Source: Calcarisporiella thermophila CBS 279.70 (Eukaryota > Fungi > Calcarisporiellomycota). From it: a DNA stretch of 64,000 nucleotides. Below are positions 23,495 to 37,318 of the stretch, one piece after another. The position numbers and the translations under genes were made by a program. The stretch spans positions 467,374-531,373 of the forward strand of contig NW_027192207.1 in assembly GCF_041956535.1 (NCBI RefSeq), read 5' to 3'. The notes under the pieces were generated by a model. It had not been told where the DNA came from and ran no database searches. It was given only the letters and a program-made list of their open reading frames with translations. Position 1 is the first letter of the stretch; every line of letters begins with the position of its first letter.

Positions 23495-24357
23495 TTAGAA
23501 ATATATACACATCTGATAATCCTTTAGCTTGAGGCCACATTTCTCGTAAAATTCGACATTGCGCTGGGCACAGTTCAATATCACCTTATAGCAGGAAGTC
23601 TCGCGACCTAGATGTTTCAACTGATCCACAATCCTACAAAAAGGGCCCCGGTGAGTAATTAACCATAGATGTATTCATATTGAGAACAGGCGCGATTCTC
23701 TTACATCAACCCCAGCTTCTTTCCTCGCTGAGAGTCATGTACAATCACGTCTTCGATATGCCCCGCCTACACAACAGAAATCGCTTAGTGGTTAGCACGG
23801 AACTTGACTGCGAGAAGGGGAGGAGCAATGCGCCCCTCCATGGACTCTCGATCGGCCCGGTGTGGAATTTCCCGCGAACCGGACAGAAAGAGGGTTGCAT
23901 TCACCAAATACATTACCTTTCCGCATTGATGGAGGAACTTTCGCTCTACCAGCAAAGTGCCGCAGGCAATCACCCGGCCCTCAGGCTCTTCGATGACGGC
24001 TGTGTAGTAATCGCCCGCTTTCTTCAATGCGCGGAATTGAAGGATGAATTCCTCCTTGCTAATTTCGCCGACAGTAGAGAGCTGCGATAAGCATTCCAGA
24101 AAGCCTATAATGGACAAGATTGATTCCGCAATTGTTTAGTGTTCCGCTTTGTACAGTCAGTGCTTTGGAAGACCGCAGAATAGACATGTGTGGGAATAAA
24201 ACGGACCTTTGTCATAGTCGTCAACATGGAGTGGGCGCAGTTTGTATCCCGAAGGAAGAACCGCCTTCACTTGCTCTGAGATCAGACTTAAGGGGAAAAG
24301 GAAGCCATCTTCGCCTGCTGATGCGTGAGCCGTGCTATCTTTGCCATTTGTAAACAT
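23495..24357 (-). CDS. GNA1: Glucosamine-6-phosphate N-acetyltransferase (GNAT); 4 exons
   Basis: LRPLHVDDYDKGFLECLSQLSTVG, GTLLVERKFLHQCGK|AGHIEDVIV...QRGKKLG, CYKVILNC...NVEFYEKCG. Confidence 0.95.
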
Positions 24358-24981
24358 GGTGATGGGTTTTGGAGATGATAAAAAAAGAAATCGGGGAAAA
24401 GCCTGGCGTGAAAAAAAAGGAAAAAGTCTATGTAGCTGCGAAAGCAATGAAAGAATTGATGTAAAAAGATGAAAACACAGACGGAAAAAAGAAAATGGCT
24501 TCTATAAGATTATGAACAAGATGGGGGAGCCCTCTAATTGAATAAAGAATGGAAAAAAAGTGTTTGGATGCTGCTTAGCCCAGTATGAAGAGCAAGCCTG
24601 GATTCCTCCAGCTCAGGGGTCGAATTTCCCCCGCACAAATCTATATTTACAGAGTGGCAGGTCAAACTTAGTTTTTTTTTATCGGCAGCCACTTCTCCAG
24701 CCAACCGCAGCCATAAACAAATCGGCATGGTGCAAGAGGTGATTAAAATTTTAATCACCTATTGTACCATTTGAATTAATCCCAAACTACTGTGGCTATA
24801 AATATACATTCTATTATGCCTGGCTATTTATGTTGCTTGAGAAACATCTGTTTTGTGGATATTTAGTATCAGGATACTACTCGACTATCATACCATTTAC
24901 AAATATGCATGGATCACTTGTAAATTAACTTGCAAGGATCATTAACTGGCTCACCTCCTTTTGATTTGATGGCTATACGTC

Positions 24982-26797
24982 TTAGCTTAGGGTGATGAAG
25001 AGCCTTAGAAACTCCTCCTTAGAAAGTACAGCTGACTTCATTTCATCCAATGTGACTGCCATCTGGTTTAGGAGCCATTGTTCAATGATGCCTTTGTTTT
25101 CAAGCGACTTCAACAGCTCCAACACCTGCACTAGCTCCTGGAATATCCTTCGCCTCGCCTTGATATCAGGATGTGCTAATACTATGAATTTGCTGCTTTC
25201 GCATATCAAATGTATACTCATAAAGGGGCAACCAATGCACCAATTCTGCAATCTAATGGAATCATAGATTGCCGAAATTGAACTGGATTATCCCTAGAAA
25301 ATTGGATTTGTTGGTAAGAATCAATGGAAAATGCATTGTTTCCTTTACTACCTTCATAAATTCTTCAAAAGCCTTCTCGCGCAATTCCTGCATCAAATCC
25401 GTTTCTAATCTACCCGGGGGGGGGGGCGTCTGACTTGATGAACTGGCGCCAAAGACTGCACCAGTCACTCCAGAAGTTACAGCGGAATTCAGAGAGAAAA
25501 CATTTTCGAGAAACAATCTCAAGACAGTATTGTAGCGTTTCGTCGTGACCACTTTGTAAAAATGCAGCAATACTGATCAGCTGTTGGATGATGGGATTAT
25601 CGGGAAGTGACCAGTCTATATCTCGTAGCTCAAGAATTTTGAAGTTGGACTGAATTGATAACAAAAAGAAAATCTTCCATGTTTTTTTTTGGGGGGGGGG
25701 GGTTAGTGTCTATTGGTAACAGCAAATTTGGATAGGTCCTACTTGGGATATTTTATAAAAGCCTGTATCGTCTAATGCTACTGTTGGTTTTGGAGATCGG
25801 ATGATTGTATCTAGGCTAATCAGCTCTGGTTTGCCATATCCAAATCTATAATCTAATTCATTGTAGCAAATAGCAGCCCTATATATATGATATGAAATTG
25901 TAAATATTTGTTTCAAGTGGATGCAAAGTTGCAGAAATATTGCTCCAACCAGATTCTTCTTCGAAATTCTATCTCAATAGGATCTACCACGTTCGGATCC
26001 TCCCTATCCATCTGGAGCGCAACTGCCACGAGCGCGGCTTGGGAATGAAATCGATAGGCGGTCTCAAAGCGTAAAAGCCATGTCATACAGAGATTCATAT
26101 TGAGAAATCCTGCGACTATCTGAGGTGAGGGTGTATCGAATGCATCCTCCGACGACTTCATCGCCTGCGCGAGTAAACTCCCTACTACGGAATGAAGTTG
26201 GTCTCTAATGGGAGTCTGTGGATGTGCCAATAGCAAGTGAATAGCCGTGCGCGCAACTGCAGTGTGAACGAGGATCGGTTCCAGTTCATTATTATAGTAA
26301 CTTTCGAGAAAAGAAGCATGATTTGGATGCATATGCAAATCGCCGTTAGAACACCCCTTAACATAGATGTGAAAGAGATAGTCTCTAAGTTTTCGCTTGA
26401 CGATAAGAGATTTCTTTATCCGGCTGATTTCCTTATTTTCAATCGGTTTTGGGATATGGTGCACCCGAAAATAAGAGCAGTGTTGAATTGGCCTGCTATT
26501 ACATACGTTGTCTGGTATCTGGAAGTGGAAAGGGAAATTGGATAATGGTTTTCCTTCAAGTACAAATTGAGCACTAAAAAGACGAAGTAGATCTGTGAGC
26601 GAGTTCAGTCTAAGTTGAAAGCGTATAGCATTTGGGGTAAAAGGTACGTTGTATGGATCAGTGTCTTCGCCACTACCTCCAGTAGCAGCATCAAGCGTGG
26701 ATGTGACGCAGGATATGTCTGGAGATCCATCCGAATACTGGGATGCGACCAAGCTCGGACCGGCAAGGCCATGAAGAGAGAGTTCTCCCCCACTCAT
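24982..26797 (-). pseudogene. Fungal-specific transcription factor (middle homology region) gene, apparently disrupted and lacking a Zn2Cys6 domain
   Basis: AYRFHSQAALVAVALQMD...DPIEIEFRRRIW|AAICYNELDYRFGYGKP. Frameshift at an 11-nt G run (25416-25426), apparent in-frame TAA at 25288-25290, and no C-x2-C-x6-C upstream. Confidence 0.6.
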
Positions 26798-27296
26798 TTG
26801 AGTGCGTTAAACAGAAACTGATGAGGCCTTGGTAATTGCTTTCTTTTTTGCATCAATAATCTTTATTCTTAATTACTGCAGATATTTGGATAGGTTTAAG
26901 AGTGGCTGAGAAATTAAATCAAGAGATTTCAATTTGACCACAGAATTTAAGGATTTGACTGAACACAAAATGTGGTGTATTAAATAATGTTGTGCTCAAA
27001 CAAAAAGAGGATGCGAAAATTTAATTTCCGTGTCCTCTTTTTGCTTCCCGTCCGTAATATCCCGGGGGGAAGTCAAGTATAACAAAAGCCAGGATTTTTA
27101 TTATTTTATCTATAACAATAACAAATAAGAAGTGGAAAGGAAAGAGTAGGTGGGGAAAAAAAAAATCAGAGGATATGTATCAGCTTGTCAGTATTTCAAG
27201 AGAAGAAAGGAGGAGGGGGAGAGAAGTATAAAGTCAAAGGGAGGAAGAGAAGAGAATAGATGGAATTAGAAGCAAAATTTTTTAGATTAAACATGG

Positions 27297-30200
27297 TTAG
27301 ATAAACTTCTGCAAAGCTTTCCGCTTCTCCGGAGTCATGGCATTCCACAGCTTGTCCTTAATTTCCTGAGGTATATTGCCAAGCAAGGTCTTCAGGGTCG
27401 CCACCATTCTTGCCCCGATCTCTTGATCCACTCCGAGGACGCCCTCGGCAAGGACGTCCGTGAAGATTTCCACCAACCGCGGCACATTGGCGCCATTGGG
27501 GCCCAGGATGGCCGGGTGTTGGGCATCGAACAGATCGAGCAGATATGCGTAGGTAACGGGGGCCTCCTCGCGATCATTCAGGATGGGCAGCGCGGCAAAC
27601 CACGAGGGAAGCACCTCGTCAACGTTGAACTTGTGGGCGCCGAAGCGGCAGACCTTGCCCACTGCGGCAATGGCGTTTTCGGTGACGTAGATGTTGTCCT
27701 CGGTGCGGGCCTCGGGGCTGTTGATGAGCTGGAAGAGAGGGTTAAGGGCGGCGGCACACACATCCCCATATTGCTCGCCACCAAACTGCGCACAGACTCC
27801 CATGCCATAGGCGGCGGCCTGTCGTACATCGGCGGCAGGGTCGAGCAATGCTCCCACCAGTTTCTCCACGAAATGGGCCTGGTAGTTGGAGCTTGCACTT
27901 GTGAACTCGACAATGTCGTCCCAGACGCACACCGCAAACTGACGTGCGGCCGGGATGGGGTGGGAAAGCATTCCGGAGAGCATCGGGATCAGCGTCTCAA
28001 AGTGTGGCAGGTAGGCATCGCGGTGGGTGCGCAAAATAGTGTGCAGCGCCTTGGACAGCTCTCCCAAGACCATCTCCTCGTTGGCCTCCTCCTCCAGCAG
28101 ATTCTCCTCGTCCTCTGCATCGTAGTCTGCACTCTGGCGGGTGGCGGCGTGCTGCTGCAGGCGCTCCAGCAAATCCTTCAGCTGGGCCTCTGAGTGGCGG
28201 GTGAAGGCGGCCATCTCCTCGGGGGTCATGCACTGCTCCGCCAGGACCTCGAGCGACTCGTGGAAGCAGCTGTACACCTGGAGCAGGAAGCTCGGGTCGG
28301 CCTCCGACGCGATCACCTCCACCAGACGGGTGCAGATGGTGTGCCACATGGCCAAAAGATACTCACGGCTCTGGCCGGCGAGTTTGGCATCCTGCAGCAG
28401 CAATGGAATCACCGCGGCGGCAGCGTGGCGCACTCCGTCATGGAAGTAGAATTTGAGCAGGGGCAGCACGATCTCGAGCACCGTCTCGACATAGGGCTGG
28501 AATCCGGCGCCAAGCTCTTTCGCGTAGCAGATCAACATCTCCGTGGCCGTGCACTTCTCCTCCAACACAGTGGTTCGGATGCCGATCTGTTGCCCGTCGA
28601 CGCCCACGAACTCCCATCCGTCCTCTTCGGCATAGCGCGCCTCGTCCTCCTCGCCGTCGAGGATGGCGAAGTCGGGCTTGAGCTGAGCAGACTTGAGAAG
28701 GGGTGGCATCACCACCGGGAGGTAAGGCACGAAGTCCGTTCCAAGCACCTTGCACACGCGAGCCCACGCCCCAAGGAGGTAGGAGATCTGGGGGTCGTCC
28801 GCTTCCGTGATGGACTGCTGGGTTTGCACCAAGAGGTCAATGAAGTCGGAGGCATTGGGGGCGAACACCTCCTTTCCAACCGCGAGCGCAATCAAAGTGG
28901 CGCACTCCATCGCCTTGCCTCTCAACAACCGATATTGCGTGGGAGCAGTCTGCCGCAACACGTTGATAAGCAGTGGCATAATACGATCGTAGTAGCGAAC
29001 AAATGCGTCCTCTGCACTGTCTGCGACGGTGGCAATGGTGGTGATTGCCTGCTCCTGCACATAGGTCTTGGTGTTGTTAAGGAGAAGCAATAGCCGTTCA
29101 AAGATGGCATCGAGGTATGGCGAAAGCACAGCCTTGTCAGCAGCCTCGCAGAAGTTCACCATAGCGGCGGCGGAGTGAGCCTGGACGCGGGGGTTTATTG
29201 CGTCGTCCATCACGGGAACGAGACCGGACAGCACCTGCGAGTGGTACAACTTCTGCATTGTCGGGGCGAAGTCCGTCGACATCTGTCCAATGGCATTGCA
29301 TGCGGCCCAGCGAACACGGGCATGGGGGTCCCGAAGGTATGGAAGCACAAGTTCGATAACTTTGCCGAGCTCAGCCTCCATGATCTTGACGCAGCCCTCG
29401 CCGATAGCGGAGATCGCCATCAGAGCAGCATGACGTTGTTGCCACTGCTGGGAGCCAAGCATCTGGGGAATGTATTGGAACGTGACCGGGAGAACGGATT
29501 TGCCACCCAGAGAGCGAGCGAGACGGTCCATTGCCTGCTCACCGATGGCGTAGTTTTCGTCGTTATCGTCCTCCTCCAACTAATATCCCCCCCCCAGCCC
29601 CCAAAAAGAAGATAACTTATAAACAAAAATATTCCAGAACAAATCCAGGAGAGAAGGTAGCTTACGTCGTCTGTTGTGAACCAGCTCTCGTCCTCCTCCA
29701 TATCCGTCATCATTTCCAGTGCCACGGGGACGATTTGCTGGCAGAAATCGGCCGCCTTGCGCATCATGGCTGGGTTGGCCTCCGCAAGACTGACCAACAG
29801 CTCAAGAGCAGTCTGCCGCGTGCGGTCCTCGAAGGACTTTTCCTTCATAATGTTGACCATGAATGGGATTAACTCGGAGAGAACAGGGCGGAAGAGTCGG
29901 GGCAGGTTCTCGGCAAGATCGATCACGGTTGTAAGGGCATCGAAGAGATGGTCCTCCTCTTTTTGAGCAGCCAGAGGGGTTAAGACCTACAAAAAGTGCG
30001 GTAAAAAAAATCACATGTAAGCACAGCTGAGAGAAAAATAAGAAGCATTTATCCTGCACGACTCACGTTCAGCATCAGAGGCATCAATTCCGCGGCCACC
30101 TCTCGGCTGGTTGTCTGTGTAGCAAGCAGGAACTGAACCGCAGCTTTCAACGCGGCAAGCCGAACTTCTTTGCTCTCGTCGGCAAGACTCGTTGCGAAAA

Positions 30201-30819
30201 CGCCTTTCACTGCGTCGGTGTGCTGGTTAGAGATGAGATGAGGCACGCTCGAAAATATCCGGAAAGCAGACTCGCGATGAGAGGGGGAGGGGGATTTGGT
30301 ACATTCGAAAAGGGAGTTCAAAAGTTCCTGCCATGCGTCTAGAAACATCCAAATCATAGACATAGCACATCAGTATAGGTGCGGTATGGCCACACAGCGG
30401 CATCGCCGTGACTACTTACGCTCCTCCGATTTTGCAACCTCGGCAATCGTATCGCACACCTTATGTCTCACTCCTGCATTTGTCTCTGCCGACAACGAAT
30501 ATAAGAGCGCGTTTTTGACCTGTTGCCTAGTTCCTTCCGCGACAGCCATCCACAATGTGGTTTCCTCTTTCCCTGCAGTCAGGACCCTGAATGCGATCCG
30601 TCGCAGCAATACACTCGAGAATGACTGAATATCCGGCTGCGCAGGTGAGTTGATGAGCTGTGCGAGACCTAGCAGAAGGACATCCGGCTGATGCGCGACC
30701 CAGTGATCATTAAGGCGCTGTTCTGCCTGGGAGCGAATAGTGTTATCAGCGTTGGAGAGCTGCGCAAGGACAGGAGTCAGCTGGGAGAGGACATCTTCTG
30801 GCACAAGCTGCTGTGACAT
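27297..30819 (-). CDS. PSE1: Importin beta-3 / karyopherin Kap121 (IPO5 family), HEAT repeats; 4 exons
   Basis: DNTIRSQAEQRLN, GEQAMDRLARSLGGK, RHAALMAISAIGEGC, RVRWAACNAIGQMSTDF, RLLRGKAMECATLIALAVGKE, FYFHDGVR, YVTENAIAAVGK. Confidence 0.97.
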
Positions 30820-31527
30820 CTTATGAAATGGGGGCTGATTAAAAGAAATTAATGGGTATTTTATATTTGCGTTGTATATAATGAGATGATCAAGACAAAA
30901 GGTGGAGAAGAGCTCTCTCCTGAATGCTTGAAAAGTTTAGCTCTTTTTTTTTGTTGTCGTTTAGAAAAAGAAAAAACGCGGTCCATCAAATTTTTTGCGG
31001 CTTTTGATTGGGCGATGTTTCGAGTAAGTCAACAAGGGAAAATGATGACTGACATCTCTCCCAGTCATTTCGGGCAAGGCTCATTCCATTGGGGGCCGAG
31101 GCTCGCTGCATAGGCATCTCGCTGAACAGGCCCAGAGCGTGGCCTGAAACCCCCATGAGCGTTGCTGCTTAGCTCGCATGTGTGCTCACTACGTCAGAGA
31201 CACGGGCAACAGGCTTCAGACCTCGAGTCGGATATGTTTGGAGAGTATGAGCAAGGACTCAATGCATTCTGCAACGGTCGCTCCTGGAAGCGAGCTCTGA
31301 TGAGAATCGATTTACTGCACCACGCAACCCCATGCCGCCCATCTATCTCCCTTCTACAAGCGGTTTAACAGCAGAACCCGTTGTACTAATAAGCTACTAC
31401 GAATCAAAAATTGGTCGGAGTTGGGGCGAGTTAAACCTAGATCCTCGTTCCATACCTTGGAACCGCCCGTCATATTCTTGAGTCCCAGAGCAGACCTCTT
31501 TCTTTCGTTTATGACTCTCTTTAAAAC

Positions 31528-33549
31528 ATGCTCCTTCGAACCTTTCCTGTTCTTCTCCTATACCTCTCCGCGGCCTCATGTCAGGATTTCCACCGCTTCG
31601 ATCTGCGGCTAGACAAATCTACCTTATTACATCGGTACGATTATTCTCATTCACAAAAATTCCAGCGCCGCGATCCTCCCCCTTCGCCTCCTCAGCCCCC
31701 TCTCGCTACAAACACCGCTCAAGACAGCCCATCGGGGCCGCCTCTAAACTCATCCGCATCTGATCCGATTATAAAACTACAGGATGGGGTAGCTGTCTTG
31801 TTCGCAAACAGCTCGCTCGCGGCCCCACAAGGCACCGTTTTTCAGATAGATTTGAACTGTAACATGTCAGCTGCATCATGCAATCGTATCGGCCAGGCTG
31901 CAGCGAATGCCGCAACTTGGATCACTTCCCTTCTAGATATAAGAGAGTCAAAGAAAATCAAGTACGTGAGCAAACCGCCGATTTTTTTCGAGCTAGAGTG
32001 ATTAATGGGTTGTTCTTAGATTGAATTTAGCTTATCGAAGTTTTTGTACCGAAAAATGTGACAACAAGACTCTCGGATGGTCTTCCTCTTCAGCACAAGT
32101 ATGCGTTGGCATTTTTCTTTGCCCCCTTATTATTAGCTCACTGTCCTATTATATAGTGGACTCTCCCGGGACTCCAAGGCATTGATCCAAATTATCTCTA
32201 TCCCCAGTCCCTCGCAAAGCAACTTTCGCCTTTCGATTTGCAGTGGGCGGATTATGATATTATTACCGAGTTTAATTCAGATGTGGTCGAAAACAAGATC
32301 TGGTTCAAGGTAAAAAAAAACCAAGATCAGCAATGGCCTGGTCTACTGGTTGTAGGCAACAATCTTTGGGATCTAATCTCCGTAATGTATAGGCCGATAA
32401 CACCACAATTGGTCCAAAGCAAATTGATTTTGAGTACCTGTTGTTACATGAAATAATACACGGTCTTGGGGTGATGAGGTAGCGATGATAATTTAACACC
32501 CTCTCCAATGGACATCCGATTCTAACTCAAAATACCCTTTAGCTCATGGGCGCCCTATTTTCTGCCGCCGTCCTCGTTCTATACCCCACTGATATCACCT
32601 CCGTTCACTCCTGAGCAGTTAAAGATACTCACGCCGCCGCCCTCGTTTAACCAGGATCCTGAAACCAACGTATGTGTATTCAAATTTATAATCAGCATAT
32701 ATATATATATATTCACGACCATCTAATGCCTCTCTGTTGCTATAGCTAACGCGGCTCTCTGGCTTTCTTCCCAGCGTCATTTTTGACAAATATCTACTGA
32801 TGAATGGCGTGAACGTGATGTATCCGCCGCTGGATGAGATGTCACAAAAAATCCGTTCGGTATGCTATGAGGGCAACGGCACCCTGGCCCTCAACTTTGT
32901 GCAGTCCTTGCTGGAGAGCCCGGAGGCTTACAATCTATCACGATTATTATACGATACTTCCGGTTACCCCAACTCTGTTTTGTTTCGCTTCCCTCCCAAT
33001 GTGCGGCTGAACCCTCCCACAGCACCCCAAGGGTTTATCGTGATGCAAACCTCCAACATGCAGCAATCGATATTGGCCCAATTCCCTGAGCATCCGGGGG
33101 CCAAGAATGCAAGTGAGGTCAGTGCCGGGGAGAACATTCTTTTGCGGGAAACGGGATCCCTCTTTGCATCCACCACCCCCTTTTCTCATTTTGCCGACGG
33201 TAGTCCCATCATGAAAGAAGAGGTGATCTATGGAAAGACCTTGGAGGAAATAACTGGAGTTGGCGAGGGGAATCGGACCGCCAACCCAGCTCTTGCGGCC
33301 CAAGTTCTAGGAAATGCAGTGCTGGGGATGCTGGAGGCTCTGGGGTATAGCACCAAAATCAAGCGACTGGAATTGCCCGCCGCTGCCAGCGCAGATCCTC
33401 ATTGGCTGCCTCGCAAGCCGAAGTGCAGACCTGTTCCCTCCCACAATGCGGTGGACGATGGGTCTAGCTCCAAAGCATCATCGCTGCCCGCCGAGGTGTT
33501 CTGGGGGGTTGGCACCTGGCTAGCCGCCGCGTTGATTTTTGTTGTATAG
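31528..33549 (+). CDS. Secreted, probably GPI-anchored zinc metallopeptidase-like protein (HEXXH zincin)
   Basis: Signal peptide. Exon ~32393-32478 encodes DFEYLLLHEIIHGLG. Distal SHF...IM motif. Hydrophobic C-terminus VFWGVGTWLAAALIFVV. Confidence 0.75.
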
Positions 33550-33889
33550 GGTTGGAGGGCGCGTTTTTGCTTATCATATTTATTTCATGTTTACAAGTTA
33601 GGTCAACTTTACACACTTCATTCCCCATCTCCCTCATTTATTTATTTGATATATTCCCTTTTTCCACTGGCATTGCTGATTGTATTATAATTCTCAACCC
33701 CTCTTCTTTTTTGTATGTTCTGTTTCCCGCACGGTCGATCCGCCCCCTCCAACTGTAACTTCAATTTAAGATGCCACCAACACGATGTAGTCACAATTTT
33801 AATAATATAAAAGTCCATGTGAGTCTGGAGTCTCCCTCTCCCCCATTCATAATGCAGTCCATGTTAATTTAAACAACAATCTAGTAATT

Positions 33890-35128
33890 ATGCCGATACC
33901 GCCCACTATCCTCCCAGACGGCACCTACCTTCCCCTTCCGTCCTCCTCCGATTCGCTCCCGCGGATCCTCCCATACCGATTTCTTGTTACACTTCTTCTT
34001 GGTCAACTCCTTTCTCTTTGCATCACAGCCACCAACACCATTAATGAGCAGCTGCATAGAAACGCCGGCATCTCAGTGCCAACCACCCAAATCTTTCTTG
34101 CCTATGTGGCGTTGGCCGTGGGTTTCGGGGGTGTCATAGTATGGAAACAGGGATGGAAAGGGTGGTGGGAGGTGATGAGAATAGGAGGGTGGAGATGTAA
34201 GTGTGCTAATATTTGGACTATGGATCGATGCGGATTTTGGATCAACTTACCATTCCACCTAATCAACTAGACATTCTCTTGGGTTTTGTGGATGTGCAGG
34301 CAAACTATTTCATCAATAAGGCATTTTCGCACACAACTATCCTGTCTGCAATGCTGATCGACAGCTGGTCGATCCCTTGCGTGGTGCTGCTCTCCCGCAC
34401 TTTTCTACGGCACTCGTATCACTCCACGCAATATCTCGGCGTGGCCGCATGCCTTCTGGGACTCGGCCTGCTCATATGGAGCGACGTGATGAGCGGGCGA
34501 ATAAAAGATGGGAACGACATAGAAGGAAAAGAAAGGATTTTGGGCGACCTTATGGCGCTCGTCGGCGCAACGTGCTATGCGATCTCGAATGTGGCGGAGG
34601 AATGGATGGTGCGTGGTGGGCGGATACGGGAAGTCGTGGGAGGATTGGGGCTCTGGGGCGCCATCATTAGCGGTATTCAACTGTAAGTAAAAAGTAGAGT
34701 AGAACCGATGTTTTGACGGAAAAATGGCTAATGCTTTAAGTTGCCTATTAGAGTGGTCCTGGAGAGAAATGAGATACTCGCTATTCCCTGGACCTTCTCA
34801 GCCATAAGTTTAATTCTAGTCTTTGATGTAGCGCTTGTCTGTCTATACTCACTTGCACCTGTCCTCTTCTGCCTCTCCTCGGCAACCTTCTTTAACCTCT
34901 CATTGCTAACGAGCGACTTCTATGGCCTGCTAGTGGCCATGATCTTCTTCCACATTCAAGTAAGTGATTATTCTTCTACTCCAGAACCTATTGCCTGCGG
35001 GCGCTGCGCTTCTTTTGGAGAAGGAAGCCGCTAATGCACCCTGTCCTTTCTAGGCCAACGCCTTGTATTTCCTTGCGTTCCTGACCATCGTGGGAGGCAT
35101 ATTTGTGTACAATATGGACTCTACCTAA
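33890..35128 (+). CDS. SLC35F1/F2-type (DUF914) drug/metabolite transporter; 4 exons
   Basis: LLLGQLLSLCITAT, PTTQIFLAY, DVQANYFINKAFSHTTILSAMLID, GDLMALVGATCYAISNVAEE, SSATFFNLSLLTSDFYG. Confidence 0.92.
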
Positions 35129-35396
35129 GCACCAAGAACCCATGTTTCTAACTTATCATCTATATACCACATTCATATTTATGCTGTCCCACCCATTCAA
35201 GCCATCATTAAATTATTTCTTAACTGGGAGGGGGGGGGGGTAGCGGGAGAAGATAAAGTGTGGAATCGGCCAAAGCAGGCAGACAAATAAAAATAATGCA
35301 CTGAAAAACGACAAGGATGAATCATGAATGGGGTGTGTCATAAGATTGGGAGAGTGGGGGAGAAAGATAGGGAGAAAAGACATGACTTTAAAAATG

Positions 35397-36696
35397 CTAA
35401 TTAGCCATCACCTCACACCCCTCCTCAACAAACGGAGTGGGAGGACAGTGTGTGAGTAAGAACTCCAGCTCGCCCTTCAACTCATTCACGAACTCCTCGA
35501 TCTTCAGATCATTTGGATCATATCCAAAAGGCGATTCGATCTCGGAGGCTATACCATCGATCCCAATCAAGGTGAATGCGATCAAAGTGACGACGGGGAT
35601 CACAGCCCATTTCAGCTCATGCACCAGCGTGAAAGGAAGCGCGACACAGTACATGGTGACGGTTTGCTTGAGGTGGATGTTATAGGCGGACGGGATGGGC
35701 GTGCGCAGAATGCGTTCCAAAATGGTCAGAGTGTCGGTGAGGGTGGAGAGGGATGCGGAGAGTGAATTGGAGAGGGTGGAGTCGATTTTGCTATTACGGC
35801 GCTGCTTGGCGATCCAGTAGGCAATACGAAGGAGTATTTCGAGAGGCAGCGACATCGTCGGCTGACCCAGGTATTTGGGGGGCATGTTGGGACCGGAGGA
35901 TTGATAGGATTGAAACCCGTTATAGAGAAGAGGAGCTATTTCATCGGAAGTGGTGATTCCATTTGAATTGGCCGGAGTGGGGTAGGGGCGTGAAGGGGCT
36001 TTGGCATCTGGGTGAGAGTTTCGGGGAGGCCAGTCATCTGGAAGGAGGCCTACCATATCTGTTCACATAGAATACAGGTTGGCATCAATATATGCTCTGC
36101 AATCCATTGTTGGATGAATACCACCTTCATAGTCAGCCCCAAGTTCTCCTCTCAAATGATGCTGGACAGCCACGATGAATGCAATTGTCAGCCGCATTGC
36201 TTTCACCTTCTCCGCCCTATCATCCTCTCCTTTCTCTGGAACTGCGTACCACATTGTCCGTAAGAGGGTTCTGATGGTAGCGGTAATTTGCTGAAACGCG
36301 CGCCGTCCCTCATAGAAGCGGTCATATGCGCCATTGGTACGAAACACAAGCAGCATTCCAACCACGATGGACATCGAAGGCACGATGGTGATTGGTAGGG
36401 CAATATTCCACCCTCGGCTGTAGGCAAAAGCAATGAGTGCGGAGAATAGGCTTATTAACAGAATGCTGGGGAAGATGTTGGGAAGAACCTAAGAGGATAG
36501 AGTAGCGAATTAATGGTGGATTCCATGCACTTATGAGAATGGGACCGCGTTTGCATTGATGTAATGGATCAAGTGTCCAAACTGCGCGCTGCAAACTCCC
36601 GTTCAACGCGGCTCCATTTCCCACCAAGCTTACCGATCCCTTCCACCTGAGAAAATCAGGCCGCCTCCAGGCCGAGTATCTACACCGGTTGTGCAT
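35397..36696 (-). CDS. Bestrophin / UPF0187 family anion channel; 3 exons
   Basis: WKGS|VLPNI, GMLLVFRTNGAYDRFYEGRRAF, LERILRTPIPSAYNIHL, GIDGIASEIESPFGYDPNDL. Confidence 0.92.
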
Positions 36697-37318
36697 GATT
36701 AGGGGGTATTCAAGGAAAGACTAGGCGAGATGGAAAATGTTAAATAAAATGAAGGATAGAATGATGTCTCAATAGCCAGAGAACGATTAGTTCGGGCTCC
36801 AAGGGGAAGGATTTTGGATGTCTCGGATCCTCGGATTTGGAGCCACGCTCTAAAAAAGAATTTAAGGTTATCCAGTTCGCGGTCCTCCGCCAGCCTTGTT
36901 GCGAGGAAAAGAGAGTTTGAAGTTTTTCTTACATTTTTTTTTTTCTTTAACAGACTCCGGACCTGATCTTGTTAGCGCATTTCTTGTTCTTCCTCTCCTA
37001 ATTCCCTCTCCTTCGTTTTGCTTCGTTGACATTGGTCAAGGCCGTAATCCTCATCCAAGGCCGAAGCTTTTTTTACTCCTATTCTTTTTTCTCGGCTTTT
37101 CTTTTCTCTTCTTTTCTTTCCATTTTCTTCTCCACTTGCTCCATTTTCTAAAGGGTTTGTGAGATCTCTCCGACTTAGTTTTATTTTTGACGGAGCCACG
37201 ATCCGAGCTGGAGGATAGCCCACCCAAGCACGACCAAACTGTTCGCTGTTACGCGTAGATTTCTATCGCGAAAACCGTCCTTGAAGGACCCCCATCAGCT
37301 CCCATTTCCATAATCCTA

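Noticed and set aside
27423-29615. 250-300 aa plus-strand ORFs opposite importin
   Set aside because: Antisense shadows caused by GC3-rich codon usage, with no recognisable motifs.
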